Shown: in pieces, positions 24,445 through 31,381 of the stretch | Layout of the letters: each line of letters opens with the position of its first letter | Position numbering within the stretch: the first letter of the stretch is position 1 | The notes under the pieces: generated by a model | Seen by the model: the letters and a program-made list of their open reading frames with translations, nothing else | Told to the model about the DNA's origin: nothing | Databases searched by the model: none | From: a virus | Virus record (IMG/VR): IMGVR_UViG_3300045988_022004 | Reading direction: 5' to 3' (one strand) | Length of the DNA stretch: 60,777 nt | Position numbers and translations under genes: made by a program

Positions 24445-24667
24445 GACGGTTGAGTTCATTCATCATGATGTGTATGCCTTCAAGCCTGCCTGTTAAACGT
24501 TCTGTTTCCTTAATAATTTTCAGTCCTTCCGCTGATTCTTCATCTGGCAATGCTTCTGCTTCCTTATTTAATTCTTTTGCTCTTGCTAAGATTTTCTCTG
24601 CTTCTCTGTTAGCAAAGTCAATCATAACTAATAACTTATTGGTTTCTATGATTTTTTCTACTGTCAT
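24428..24667 (-). CDS. Coiled-coil protein; paralog of 27645..27875.
   Basis: Shared ...AKELN...ALPD..S.EGLKI..ETE.L.G..EGI... Confidence 0.6.
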   Translation of the reverse strand: MTVEKIIETNKLLVMIDFANREAEKILARAKELNKEAEALPDEESAEGLKIIKETERLTGRLEGIHIMMNELNRLATKS

Positions 24668-24684
24668 ATTTAACTCCTTATAAT

Positions 24685-24759
24685 TTACTTGTGATCACGT
24701 CTATCGCATACTATCATGACTATAAACACGGTTAAAACTGCTAATAAGAATGTATCCAT
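24685..24759 (-). CDS. Possible 24-aa hydrophobic micro-ORF (MDTFLLAVLTVFIVMIVCDRRDHK).
   Basis: ATG follows AGGAGTAGTTATT; it fills the 24668-24770 gap. Confidence 0.3.
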   Translation of the reverse strand: MDTFLLAVLTVFIVMIVCDRRDHK

Positions 24760-24770
24760 AATAACTACTC

Positions 24771-25433
24771 CTAATAAATGTCGATGTGGTCCACTTCGCT
24801 TTGCCATTGTGGGTAGGCGTACGCACAACTGCCATGTTTCTTAACTTCTGATGATAAGCTTGACTCGTTTACTACGAATTCTACAATCGATCCATTTGCA
24901 TTTTGACGTCTTGTAGAATCGGTATCTTTGTCTGCTTTACAGTCAGCAAGTATACCTGTTATAGTTGTACCATTCTTAAGCACAATATCAATGTATTGTC
25001 CAACCTTAGTGGTATAGTATGATCCTACGGCAATACACCATCGTCCGTCGTACGTCCAAATGCCAGATGAATCGAGTCGATATTTTGGTTTCATTTCGTG
25101 CTGGTCCGTCCCTACACTCGTAATACAATCTGCATCCATGTATGAGAAGAATCCATTTTGATCCGGAACTGATTTTGTCTCACCGATAGGAGATCCTACA
25201 ACGGGCGTATCATTTTCTTCCACACTAACAGTCGGTTCAAAGTGATACGGTGCCATGTAAGTATTTTCTAATTGAGCAGTCTTTTTCTGCAGCTCTTTTA
25301 CGATTCGGTTAGTTTCTTCTTGCTGCTGTTTGTATTCATATTGCGCCCATACCAGAAGCGATACAAATATTATGATAAAGATTATGAATAATTTATTTTC
25401 CTTTTTCAACCTCTTCTCTCCTTTTAGCTTCAT
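24771..25433 (-). CDS. Membrane-anchored exported protein; possibly a RlpA/3D-like beta-barrel acting on the cell wall (weak).
   Basis: N-terminal TM helix (LFIIFIIIFVSLLVW). C-terminal IAVGSYYTTKVGQYIDIVLKNGTTITGILADCKA. An alternative TTG start at 25409 follows AAAGGAGAG. Confidence 0.5.
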   Translation of the reverse strand: MKLKGEKRLKKENKLFIIFIIIFVSLLVWAQYEYKQQQEETNRIVKELQKKTAQLENTYMAPYHFEPTVSVEENDTPVVGSPIGETKSVPDQNGFFSYMDADCITSVGTDQHEMKPKYRLDSSGIWTYDGRWCIAVGSYYTTKVGQYIDIVLKNGTTITGILADCKADKDTDSTRRQNANGSIVEFVVNESSLSSEVKKHGSCAYAYPQWQSEVDHIDIY

Positions 25434-25731
25434 TGTATTCTATTGGAGTTGCAGACCAGCAATACCAATTGTCTTGTACACGCCGACCAGCATGAACTCT
25501 ACAATCTCCTGCACCATGATTATATTTATCTGGTTTGCATCTCTCACAATAATAGTCACAGTCTTTACAGAAACATTTTGCTGTAGGACCTCCTTTGAAC
25601 CTGCTCTTTAGTTTCTTCTGATATCTACGTTTTTCTGCTGCTTCCTCAGCAAGTGTAGTAAGTACTGCTATCGCTGCAACGACAATTATAAATACTGATA
25701 CTACCCCAATACTTGCAAATATCTTAATCAT
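25393..25731 (-). CDS. TM-anchored Cys-rich protein.
   Basis: N-terminal TM helix, then CFCKDCDYYCERC...C. GGAGTCAAAATG start context. Confidence 0.6.
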   Translation of the reverse strand: MIKIFASIGVVSVFIIVVAAIAVLTTLAEEAAEKRRYQKKLKSRFKGGPTAKCFCKDCDYYCERCKPDKYNHGAGDCRVHAGRRVQDNWYCWSATPIEYNEAKRREEVEKGK

Positions 25732-25755
25732 TTTGACTCCTTTCTAGAAAAGCTT

Positions 25756-25779
25756 AAAGGCCATGTTTCCATAGCCTTT
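25756..25779 (-). terminator. GAAA-tetraloop hairpin (family copy 3).
   Basis: Same sequence as 23863-23886. Confidence 0.5.
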
Positions 25780-25796
25780 AGCCTTAACTTTTGTTC

Positions 25797-26225
25797 TTAG
25801 ATCTTTGTCTTTGGGAAGATCCCAGGAAATGCCTTACTGAGTATTGCGCCTCCGTTACCTTCGAAAACCATAACCCCGATGCTCAAACCAGTCCAAGCTG
25901 CCAGCGTCAAGCCAGACTTGATCATTTCTAACTTTGAGTTAGTTTTGGATAGTAGCAGTTCACGCTCTCTAATGTCAAGCTCCCGTTCTTTGTGGCTCAT
26001 CTCTTTTTCAGATAAGCGTTCTTTACTAAGGATCTCTTTCGTTTTGAGATCGTACTCCTGTTTGAGTTTATCCTCTTCTAACTTCAATTTGTAGAAATCG
26101 ACCAAGTTTCCGGCAATAGCGTTTCGCTCGTCTCCGATTTTCTCATCAAAGAGTTTATTGTCCTCCTCGATAATTGTCTGTTCCAACACTTCTCTTAAGT
26201 CTGTAGTTCCTTCTTCTCTTGCCAT
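25797..26225 (-). CDS. Coiled-coil protein with a C-terminal TM helix.
   Basis: Track ORF. Confidence 0.6.
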   Translation of the reverse strand: MAREEGTTDLREVLEQTIIEEDNKLFDEKIGDERNAIAGNLVDFYKLKLEEDKLKQEYDLKTKEILSKERLSEKEMSHKERELDIRERELLLSKTNSKLEMIKSGLTLAAWTGLSIGVMVFEGNGGAILSKAFPGIFPKTKI

Positions 26226-26258
26226 TTTAAACTCCTTTCTAATTTACAACAAGTTCTC

Positions 26259-26283
26259 ATTATAAGCTTTGTTTTATTTGCGT
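26259..26283 (-). promoter_or_regulatory. Promoter-like cassette P6: ACGCAA-N13-TATAAT-GAGAAC.
   Basis: The -10 box overlaps the stop codon of 26260..26508. Confidence 0.45.
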
Positions 26284-26508
26284 TTCTGGCATTCGTCGCA
26301 CTTCGAAGGTTACAGTATCTGACTCATACATTTTCTTGAGAGAATCTTTATCTTTAACCTCCAGAGCACAATAATATGCATCGTGGTCCTCATCGTCCCT
26401 AGCCATTTTGATAATTCCAGGACAAGTGGATTTCAGTGCTCTCTGGCCAACATGCACACCTACACAGTACGCAATAGTTACTAATATAATACACAGAATA
26501 ATATTCAT
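26260..26508 (-). CDS. Small protein with an N-terminal TM helix.
   Basis: The ATG at 26508 follows AAGGAGGGGATCAAA. Confidence 0.6.
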   Translation of the reverse strand: MNIILCIILVTIAYCVGVHVGQRALKSTCPGIIKMARDDEDHDAYYCALEVKDKDSLKKMYESDTVTFEVRRMPETQIKQSL

Positions 26509-26921
26509 TTTGATCCCCTCCTTAAACAATTGTACAGACTGATCTTACATCCTATTGTGTCGCCGTCTTCGTTTGCTATAGTTTCGACATTTCTTCCATA
26601 AGGATTTCTTCGAACGACTTCATAGGCGAATCTTTCGTATGCCTTTTTGAATTCTTCTGAAGAAAATTTTGTCCCCTGCATAAATCGCTTCCCATAAATA
26701 TCGGATTTATAGTAATATTTACTATGTTCTTCACAATCTTTCACCGCCTTTTCGAATGCATGTACCTTATAGTATTGGTACCACTTATAATAGAAGTAGA
26801 AGCTTACACGTCCTGTCTCAACGACAATTGTGCATATAGGCCATCCATTGCTATCAATCGTGTTCTTTACGATCTCTGGTGCATGTCCAACCGCAGCCAC
26901 ACTTACACTAGTTTTTAACAT
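26505..26921 (-). CDS. Hypothetical protein.
   Basis: Track ORF with a 4-nt stop/start overlap. Confidence 0.6.
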   Translation of the reverse strand: MLKTSVSVAAVGHAPEIVKNTIDSNGWPICTIVVETGRVSFYFYYKWYQYYKVHAFEKAVKDCEEHSKYYYKSDIYGKRFMQGTKFSSEEFKKAYERFAYEVVRRNPYGRNVETIANEDGDTIGCKISLYNCLRRGSK

Positions 26922-27373
26922 TATTTTCCCTCCTTCATACTTTTAAACAGGATCTCGAAGCTGTCATCATTGAACTCAATTGCATGAGCAATATCTTTTG
27001 CAACAGCTCGAGCGTCTACAGGCATATTTGGCAACTTACCTGACACTAACGGACTCTTACCAATTGTCTTCATAACAGTATTCAGGTCAATGTATTTTGA
27101 CATCTTTACAGCTTTAAAGCCAGATAAGTCAACGATACCAGTTACAACATGGATATCAAGTATATTGTTGTCCAGATACACCATCTTCTTATCGATATCT
27201 TTTCCAGAGAATGGAATAATCATACTCTGATCATTGTCCCGATATAAGAATACAGCAGACAACAGGTCTCCACAATCCGGAACTAACCGAATAGAATTGC
27301 ACTCAGATGCAACCTTACTCTCATGAAACTTTCCATCCAAACCAATAAAATCCTCTAAATACTTTGCTACCAT
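26921..27373 (-). CDS. Hypothetical protein.
   Basis: Track ORF; ATG follows AAAGGAGGAAAC. Confidence 0.65.
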   Translation of the reverse strand: MVAKYLEDFIGLDGKFHESKVASECNSIRLVPDCGDLLSAVFLYRDNDQSMIIPFSGKDIDKKMVYLDNNILDIHVVTGIVDLSGFKAVKMSKYIDLNTVMKTIGKSPLVSGKLPNMPVDARAVAKDIAHAIEFNDDSFEILFKSMKEGK

Positions 27374-27410
27374 TTTTTGTTTCCTCCTTTAAAATAAAAA
27401 TATAAAAAGA

Positions 27411-27430
27411 AGAAGCCCGTGAAGGCCCCT
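27411..27430 (-). terminator. Rho-independent terminator candidate.
   Basis: 7-bp stem including G-U pairs, followed by UCUUUUUAUAUUUUUAUUUU. Confidence 0.5.
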
Positions 27431-27431
27431 C

Positions 27432-27608
27432 CTATTTTTTGTGATGCTTTTTCCAAATGTGTCTGATAATAACATAAATTATTAAACCAGCTACTATAAC
27501 ATCTCCGAAAGACAGCAGTAATGAAATACCTCCTGCTAAAAGCAGTAATACTCCAACTACTATCACTCCTAATAAAATAGCTCCTAAAATCAATAATGTA
27601 ATCATCAT
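27432..27608 (-). CDS. 58-aa two-helix membrane micro-protein (MMITLLILGAILLGVIVVGVLLLLAGG...).
   Basis: ATG follows AAGGAGGAATGT. It replaces the implausible overlapping track ORF 27367..27639. Confidence 0.55.
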   Translation of the reverse strand: MMITLLILGAILLGVIVVGVLLLLAGGISLLLSFGDVIVAGLIIYVIIRHIWKKHHKK

Positions 27609-27627
27609 ACATTCCTCCTTTCATCTC

Positions 27628-27652
27628 ATTATAGCACATGAGATTTATGCGA
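27628..27652 (-). promoter_or_regulatory. Promoter-like cassette P7: TCGCAT-N13-TATAAT, with a TGC extension.
   Basis: Overlaps the last codons of 27645..27875. Confidence 0.45.
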
Positions 27653-27875
27653 GGCGCTCGAGTTCTTCCATGACAAGGTTAATACCTTCAACTTTACCGG
27701 CTAAGTGTTCAGTCTCGACAAGAATTTTTAATCCTTCTTCCGAACTCTTATCTGGCAATGCTGCCATTTTTACATTCAATTCTTTTGCTCGATTCAATGC
27801 TTTCTCCATTTCCATGTTTACGAAATCATACAACAGGACTGTCTTGTCACGTTCAATAATGTCTTTTACTTTCAT
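27645..27875 (-). CDS. Coiled-coil protein; paralog of 24428..24667.
   Basis: ATG at 27875 in the GGAGTCAAAATG context. Confidence 0.6.
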   Translation of the reverse strand: MKVKDIIERDKTVLLYDFVNMEMEKALNRAKELNVKMAALPDKSSEEGLKILVETEHLAGKVEGINLVMEELERLA

Positions 27876-27900
27876 TTTGACTCCTTTCTGCGAAAAGCTT

Positions 27901-27924
27901 AAAGGCCATGTTTCCATAGCCCTT
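27901..27924 (-). terminator. GAAA-tetraloop hairpin (family copy 4).
   Basis: AAGGGCUAUG-GAAA-CAUGGCCUUU. Confidence 0.5.
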
Positions 27925-27929
27925 ATGCT

Positions 27930-28094
27930 TTAATCCTCCTTATCATTTTTCTTAGTTTTCTTCTTGAATGGAAGTTTAATAATTCCTAACCACATGAGTT
28001 CTCCAACTGTGATCACCATCGAAATCAATGATCCGATAAGTGTCATTTTGAACCATCCTCCGTAAGTAATTGGTTTACTAAATAATCCTTTCAT
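27930..28094 (-). CDS. 54-aa membrane micro-protein (MKGLFSKPITYGGWFKMTLIGSLISMVITVGELMWLGII...).
   Basis: ATG follows AAGGAGGTAATTATA. It is not in the track. Confidence 0.5.
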   Translation of the reverse strand: MKGLFSKPITYGGWFKMTLIGSLISMVITVGELMWLGIIKLPFKKKTKKNDKED

Positions 28095-28129
28095 TATAAT
28101 TACCTCCTTATGATAATAGTTTATTTCTC

Positions 28130-28186
28130 ATTATAATATATGAGATTTTTGCGAGAAAAAGAAAGAGCCAATGTTTCCATTAGCCC
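28130..28186 (-). promoter_or_regulatory. Terminator-promoter cassette P9: GAAA-loop hairpin (family copy 5), U tract, TCGCAA-N13-TATAAT-GAGAAA.
   Basis: Hairpin at 28165-28186, TCGCAA at 28149-28154, -10 box at 28130-28135. Confidence 0.55.
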
Positions 28187-28193
28187 ATCCTAG

Positions 28194-28304
28194 TTAAAAT
28201 AGCAAAGCTCCTAATCCAAGCCCAATTCCTACCAGTGCAATTACCGGTCCCAGAATTGCCAATGTAATAAATACCTTTACTATGTTTGCTAAGAATTCTT
28301 TCAT
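28194..28304 (-). CDS. 36-aa hydrophobic micro-protein (MKEFLANIVKVFITLAILGPVIALVGIGLGLGALLF).
   Basis: The ATG at 28304 follows AAGGAGGAGCTAAA. The upstream part of the track ORF is leader sequence. Confidence 0.5.
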   Translation of the reverse strand: MKEFLANIVKVFITLAILGPVIALVGIGLGLGALLF

Positions 28305-28325
28305 TTTAGCTCCTCCTTTCTTCCT

Positions 28326-28377
28326 ATTATAGGAGAAGAATTTATTGCGAAAGAAGAGAGGACCTGAATTAGTCCTC
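28326..28377 (-). promoter_or_regulatory. Terminator-promoter cassette P10.
   Basis: Hairpin GAGGAC/GUCCUC at 28358-28377, TCGCAA at 28345-28350, TATAAT at 28326-28331. Confidence 0.55.
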
Positions 28378-28608
28378 ATCCTCACTCTTAATGACTTTCA
28401 TTTTTCCTTTCTGCACAAGTCTTTTTAAATCCTTATCCGTATACCCGAGTGCTCTAAGAGCATTTTCAGCCTTGGCTATTTCCTCTTCTACTTTGGCAGT
28501 TTCTTTTTGCCTTTCGATAAGGATCTTGTCAAGTCTTTCATTCTCCTCTCTTAACATCTCCAGTATGGGATCTGATTTCTTCTTTGTGCGTATAAAAAAT
28601 CTAAACAT
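28369..28608 (-). CDS. 79-aa coiled-coil protein ending in EDED.
   Basis: The ATG at 28608 follows GGAGGTGATTAGT; the track start is a GTG at 28617. Confidence 0.6.
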   Translation of the reverse strand: MFRFFIRTKKKSDPILEMLREENERLDKILIERQKETAKVEEEIAKAENALRALGYTDKDLKRLVQKGKMKVIKSEDED

Positions 28609-28622
28609 ACTAATCACCTCCT

Positions 28623-28673
28623 ATAAAGAGATATGAATTTCTTGCGAAAAGGAAACGGGCTTTGAATCGCCCG
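28623..28673 (-). promoter_or_regulatory. Terminator-promoter cassette P11, with a weak -10 box.
   Basis: Hairpin CGGGC/GCCCG at 28656-28673, TCGCAA at 28642-28647, CTTTAT at 28623-28628. Confidence 0.35.
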
Positions 28674-28684
28674 CGTCCCTAGAC

Positions 28685-28903
28685 CTATTTAGTTTTCTTC
28701 TTTGATTTTCTAGAATCATACCACATCTGCAGTTGGCCATACTCCCATACGCATGCACCATATCCAACTATGCTAAGTGCTAATCCGATATAGAGACCTA
28801 CATTGTAGATCATCCAGAATCCGATTATCATTAGTAATGTTGGTGCACATACAAAGCTCAAAGCTGCCAACAGTGCAAATGCTCGTTCAATCTTTCTTTT
28901 CAT
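28685..28903 (-). CDS. 72-aa two-TM membrane protein.
   Basis: Track ORF; ATG follows TAGGAGGTAAC. Confidence 0.6.
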   Translation of the reverse strand: MKRKIERAFALLAALSFVCAPTLLMIIGFWMIYNVGLYIGLALSIVGYGACVWEYGQLQMWYDSRKSKKKTK

Positions 28904-28930
28904 ATTAGTTACCTCCTAAATATAATCTTC

Positions 28931-28981
28931 ATTATAACCCATGAATATATCGCGAAAAGAAAGAGACCTTGATTAAGCCTC
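28931..28981 (-). promoter_or_regulatory. Terminator-promoter cassette P12.
   Basis: Hairpin at 28963-28981, TCGCGA at 28950-28955, TATAAT at 28931-28936. Confidence 0.55.
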
Positions 28982-29152
28982 AATCTCGCTTTCGTTCATT
29001 TCATTTACAATTCTGTCATATGCTCTTAAACCAGTGTCCTTGTCGCATGTTCTTTTTAATACCTCGTCAGTTCTTCTATCAACCACCAAGTATCTTTCAT
29101 TTTCATCCTGAACAAGTGCAATAGTTCCGTTACTTTTTACAAAATTATACAT
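28973..29152 (-). CDS. 59-aa hypothetical protein ending in EIEA.
   Basis: The ATG at 29152 follows AAAGGAGTGATTTAT. Confidence 0.55.
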   Translation of the reverse strand: MYNFVKSNGTIALVQDENERYLVVDRRTDEVLKRTCDKDTGLRAYDRIVNEMNESEIEA

Positions 29153-29168
29153 ATAAATCACTCCTTTC

Positions 29169-29221
29169 ATTATACGAATAGAAAATATTGCGAAAAGAAG
29201 AGAGGACCTGAATTAGTCCTC
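29169..29221 (-). promoter_or_regulatory. Terminator-promoter cassette P13.
   Basis: Hairpin at 29202-29221, TCGCAA at 29188-29193, TATAAT at 29169-29174. Confidence 0.5.
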
Positions 29222-29398
29222 ATCCTCGTCATCATAACTAAACCTTATTGCTACTAAATATGCAATAATTCCGCATCCAAATGATGCTATTGGATTCATG
29301 ATTCCTGTCATAGTCAATACTGCAATTACAAGTACTGCTACTGGGAATATCATAATTACCCATCTTCCATCTTTGAATGTATTTAATAATTTTTTCAT
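29213..29398 (-). CDS. 61-aa membrane protein ending in DEDED.
   Basis: Track ORF with two hydrophobic helices. Confidence 0.6.
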   Translation of the reverse strand: MKKLLNTFKDGRWVIMIFPVAVLVIAVLTMTGIMNPIASFGCGIIAYLVAIRFSYDDEDED

Positions 29399-29436
29399 AT
29401 CTGTGTACCTCCATAATTTTGTTTAGTATAGTTCTC

Positions 29437-29489
29437 ATTATACTAAAAGAATTAAATGCGAGGCAAAAGAAAGAGGCCTTGATAGCCTC
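29437..29489 (-). promoter_or_regulatory. Terminator-promoter cassette P14.
   Basis: Hairpin at 29473-29489, TCGCAT at 29456-29461, TATAAT at 29437-29442. Confidence 0.5.
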
Positions 29490-29652
29490 AATCATCGTAG
29501 TGATATACCCATCTATAAACTCTAATGAGTAATGCTATTGGGAATAACACAATTCTTATGGGTGTATATACGAATTTATTTATCCTGTTCCGTTTCCGGA
29601 CCCAATCCTTATATTCATCCGATTTCATCCATTCCGAATATGTTTGTGCCAT
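29488..29652 (-). CDS. 54-aa membrane micro-protein (MAQTYSEWMKSDEYKDW...IRIVLFPIALLIRVY...).
   Basis: ATG follows AAGGAGGTAACTATT. It is not in the track. Confidence 0.5.
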   Translation of the reverse strand: MAQTYSEWMKSDEYKDWVRKRNRINKFVYTPIRIVLFPIALLIRVYRWVYHYDD

Positions 29653-29688
29653 AATAGTTACCTCCTTAAATATAATGGTTTATCTCTC

Positions 29689-29740
29689 GTTATATGACGT
29701 GAGATTTTTGCGAAAAGAAAGAGACCTTGAATTAGGCCTC
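29689..29740 (-). promoter_or_regulatory. Terminator-promoter cassette P15.
   Basis: Hairpin at 29721-29740, TCGCAA at 29708-29713, TATAAC at 29689-29694. Confidence 0.5.
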
Positions 29741-29926
29741 AATCTCCTTTAAATAATTCTTATGTAATTTTTTCATACGATATATGAATTTTACCATATT
29801 CAACACAGATCCAGATACTCTGTAAAGACCATCGTCGTCAACGCTTTTATACTCAATGCTATGACTCTTACAATAAGTCTTAAACTGTCCATCCAATTCA
29901 TCTGCAATTTCAATATATCCTTTCAT
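29732..29926 (-). CDS. 64-aa hypothetical protein ending in EIEA.
   Basis: Track ORF; ATG follows AAGGAGGAAAATGAT. Confidence 0.6.
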   Translation of the reverse strand: MKGYIEIADELDGQFKTYCKSHSIEYKSVDDDGLYRVSGSVLNMVKFIYRMKKLHKNYLKEIEA

Positions 29927-29961
29927 ATCATTTTCCTCCTTATAAATAAGTATTATTTCTC

Positions 29962-30016
29962 ATTATAAGATATGGAATTTTTGCGAGGTAAAAGAAGAGG
30001 CCCTGAATCAGGCCTC
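29962..30016 (-). promoter_or_regulatory. Terminator-promoter cassette P16.
   Basis: Hairpin GAGGCC/GGCCUC at 29997-30016, TCGCAA at 29981-29986, TATAAT at 29962-29967. Confidence 0.55.
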
Positions 30017-30277
30017 TACTCTTTGATCATCAATAATTTTGAAGTATTCAATTTTAATGTCCGGATAGCATTCTGTTATATACTTTCTTATTTTGAGATA
30101 TGTTCCATAGTGCATCTTGCAATTCAATACCCATTCTCCATTGATGAATAATACATCTGCCGATTGTATCTTACCTTCAGTGTATCCGCACCAATCAAGT
30201 ATTCCTGATATTCGTCCCAAGATATAGTCGTTAACATCATTCTCTTTGATTATAATTTGATATAACATTTTATCCAT
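30008..30277 (-). CDS. 89-aa hypothetical protein ending in VEA.
   Basis: Track ORF; ATG follows AAGGAGGATTTTAT. Confidence 0.6.
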   Translation of the reverse strand: MDKMLYQIIIKENDVNDYILGRISGILDWCGYTEGKIQSADVLFINGEWVLNCKMHYGTYLKIRKYITECYPDIKIEYFKIIDDQRVEA

Positions 30278-30313
30278 TATAAAATCCTCCTTAAATATAA
30301 TTATTTAGTTCTC

Positions 30314-30338
30314 ATTATACTCGGTGAAAATTTAGCGA
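30314..30338 (-). promoter_or_regulatory. Promoter-like cassette P8: TCGCTA-N13-TATAAT-GAGAAC. It is the first promoter after the late/lysis operon.
   Basis: Consensus geometry, 83 nt downstream of the holin stop. Confidence 0.5.
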
Positions 30339-30377
30339 AAAAGAAACACTCCATGAATATCCAGCGATAATGTAACG

Positions 30378-30408
30378 TCCCTAGACCCTCGCATAGAAAG
30401 TCTAGAGA
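30378..30408 (-). terminator. Hairpin with a TC(C/T)CTAGAC / GTCTAGRGA stem at the end of the late operon.
   Basis: Stem of 8 of 9 bp with a 13-nt loop, directly after the holin stop. The same stem sequence occurs at 33034-33065. Confidence 0.4.
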
Positions 30409-30420
30409 CATATATGCATA

Positions 30421-30645
30421 CTACTGCCTTTTTGCCGAAGCAGCTTTGCGTTTGTTATGCTGGCTGGTGCTAATACCGAGCAGAGCACCAAGAAAAGTAT
30501 CTACTGCAGTAATAGTTCCTACGACCTGGTCTCCATACGGAAGACCCCAGATGGTAGCAAGTGTAAAATACAGAGTACCAATCGCTGGTAAGGCAATCAA
30601 TGCAATCCATTTAAGAATATCATACTGTTTATTTGTTAACTTCAT
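30421..30645 (-). CDS. Holin, resembling the Dp-1/phi-LC3-type small two-TM holin family.
   Basis: MKLTNKQYDILKWIALIALPAIGTLYFTLATIWGLPYGDQVVGTITAVDTFLGALLGIS with a basic tail. The ATG at 30645 follows GGAAGGAGAAAG. It is the last gene of the late operon. Confidence 0.6.
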   Translation of the reverse strand: MKLTNKQYDILKWIALIALPAIGTLYFTLATIWGLPYGDQVVGTITAVDTFLGALLGISTSQHNKRKAASAKRQ

Positions 30646-30973
30646 TTTGACTTTCTCCTTCCGATATTGGTGGTACGGTAAATATTTTGAGTCGGTTGAC
30701 TCCCTCCATAACCCTCTTTGCTGAGCCATTTCCGCCTAGTGCTTTGTACGGTTCGTAAAGATAGTCGCTCAGATTCTCATATTCATCTTTGGTGATCCAT
30801 CCGCGTTCGATGTATGTCATTCCTAACGCTACAATGCGGTCATGGGCCAGTCCAATGAGCATCTGACTTTGTAACGATTTTTTGTCATCTTTTTTCTGGA
30901 GCCAAGCCCAGAATCCCGAGGATGCAATAACCGAGCACAACACAGTAATAATTATCGATACGATGCTTTCCAT
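30629..30973 (-). CDS. Protein with an N-terminal TM helix, in the lysis-cassette neighbourhood.
   Basis: Hydrophobic N-terminus (IVSIIITVLCSVIASSGFWAWL); adjacent to the holin. Confidence 0.55.
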   Translation of the reverse strand: MESIVSIIITVLCSVIASSGFWAWLQKKDDKKSLQSQMLIGLAHDRIVALGMTYIERGWITKDEYENLSDYLYEPYKALGGNGSAKRVMEGVNRLKIFTVPPISEGESQNEVNK

Positions 30974-30983
30974 AATTTCCTCC

Positions 30984-31367
30984 TTATGCGATTACTCTAT
31001 CAAGTTCATAAGGAATAAACATCCATGCGTCATTACCTAATACAGAATAAGCTATTGAAAATATCTTAGTTCCATAATCGGCTATAAAGTTGCAGACCCA
31101 TTCTTCAGCCCATATCCAATATTCTGGCTTTACAACCTTATGAATATCGTCTAGCAAACTGTAACTAACAAGAGCACAATGACCTAGCTCATGGATAAGA
31201 ACCTTCATAAGGAGTGCACCAGATAAGCTCCTCGACATGAATATAGTTGCAAGGTTTGAGTCTGTGGTGGCTAATGTCATTTTTCCAGTCCTATCCATAA
31301 GCATTTTGTCATTTGGGTTTACGAACTTTATCCTCCATAAATATCCATTCATTGAGAATCTGTCCAT
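30984..31367 (-). CDS. Small HExxH zinc metallopeptidase (ImmA/IrrE- or SprT-like minimal fold).
   Basis: The VLIHELGHCAL motif in a 127-aa protein. Confidence 0.5.
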   Translation of the reverse strand: MDRFSMNGYLWRIKFVNPNDKMLMDRTGKMTLATTDSNLATIFMSRSLSGALLMKVLIHELGHCALVSYSLLDDIHKVVKPEYWIWAEEWVCNFIADYGTKIFSIAYSVLGNDAWMFIPYELDRVIA

Positions 31368-31381
31368 AATCGCAGTTCTCT

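Noticed and set aside
27367-27639. Track ORF of 90 aa.
   Set aside because: Its sequence is implausible and it overlaps the promoter cassette. A different frame gives a clean 58-aa two-helix membrane protein (27432..27608) with a strong RBS and a terminator.
27628-30408. CRISPR-like array of regularly spaced repeats.
   Set aside because: The repeats are imperfect terminator-promoter units of about 50 nt. The sequences between them are 110-270-bp ORFs with RBSs. There are no cas genes. It is a regulatory cassette array.
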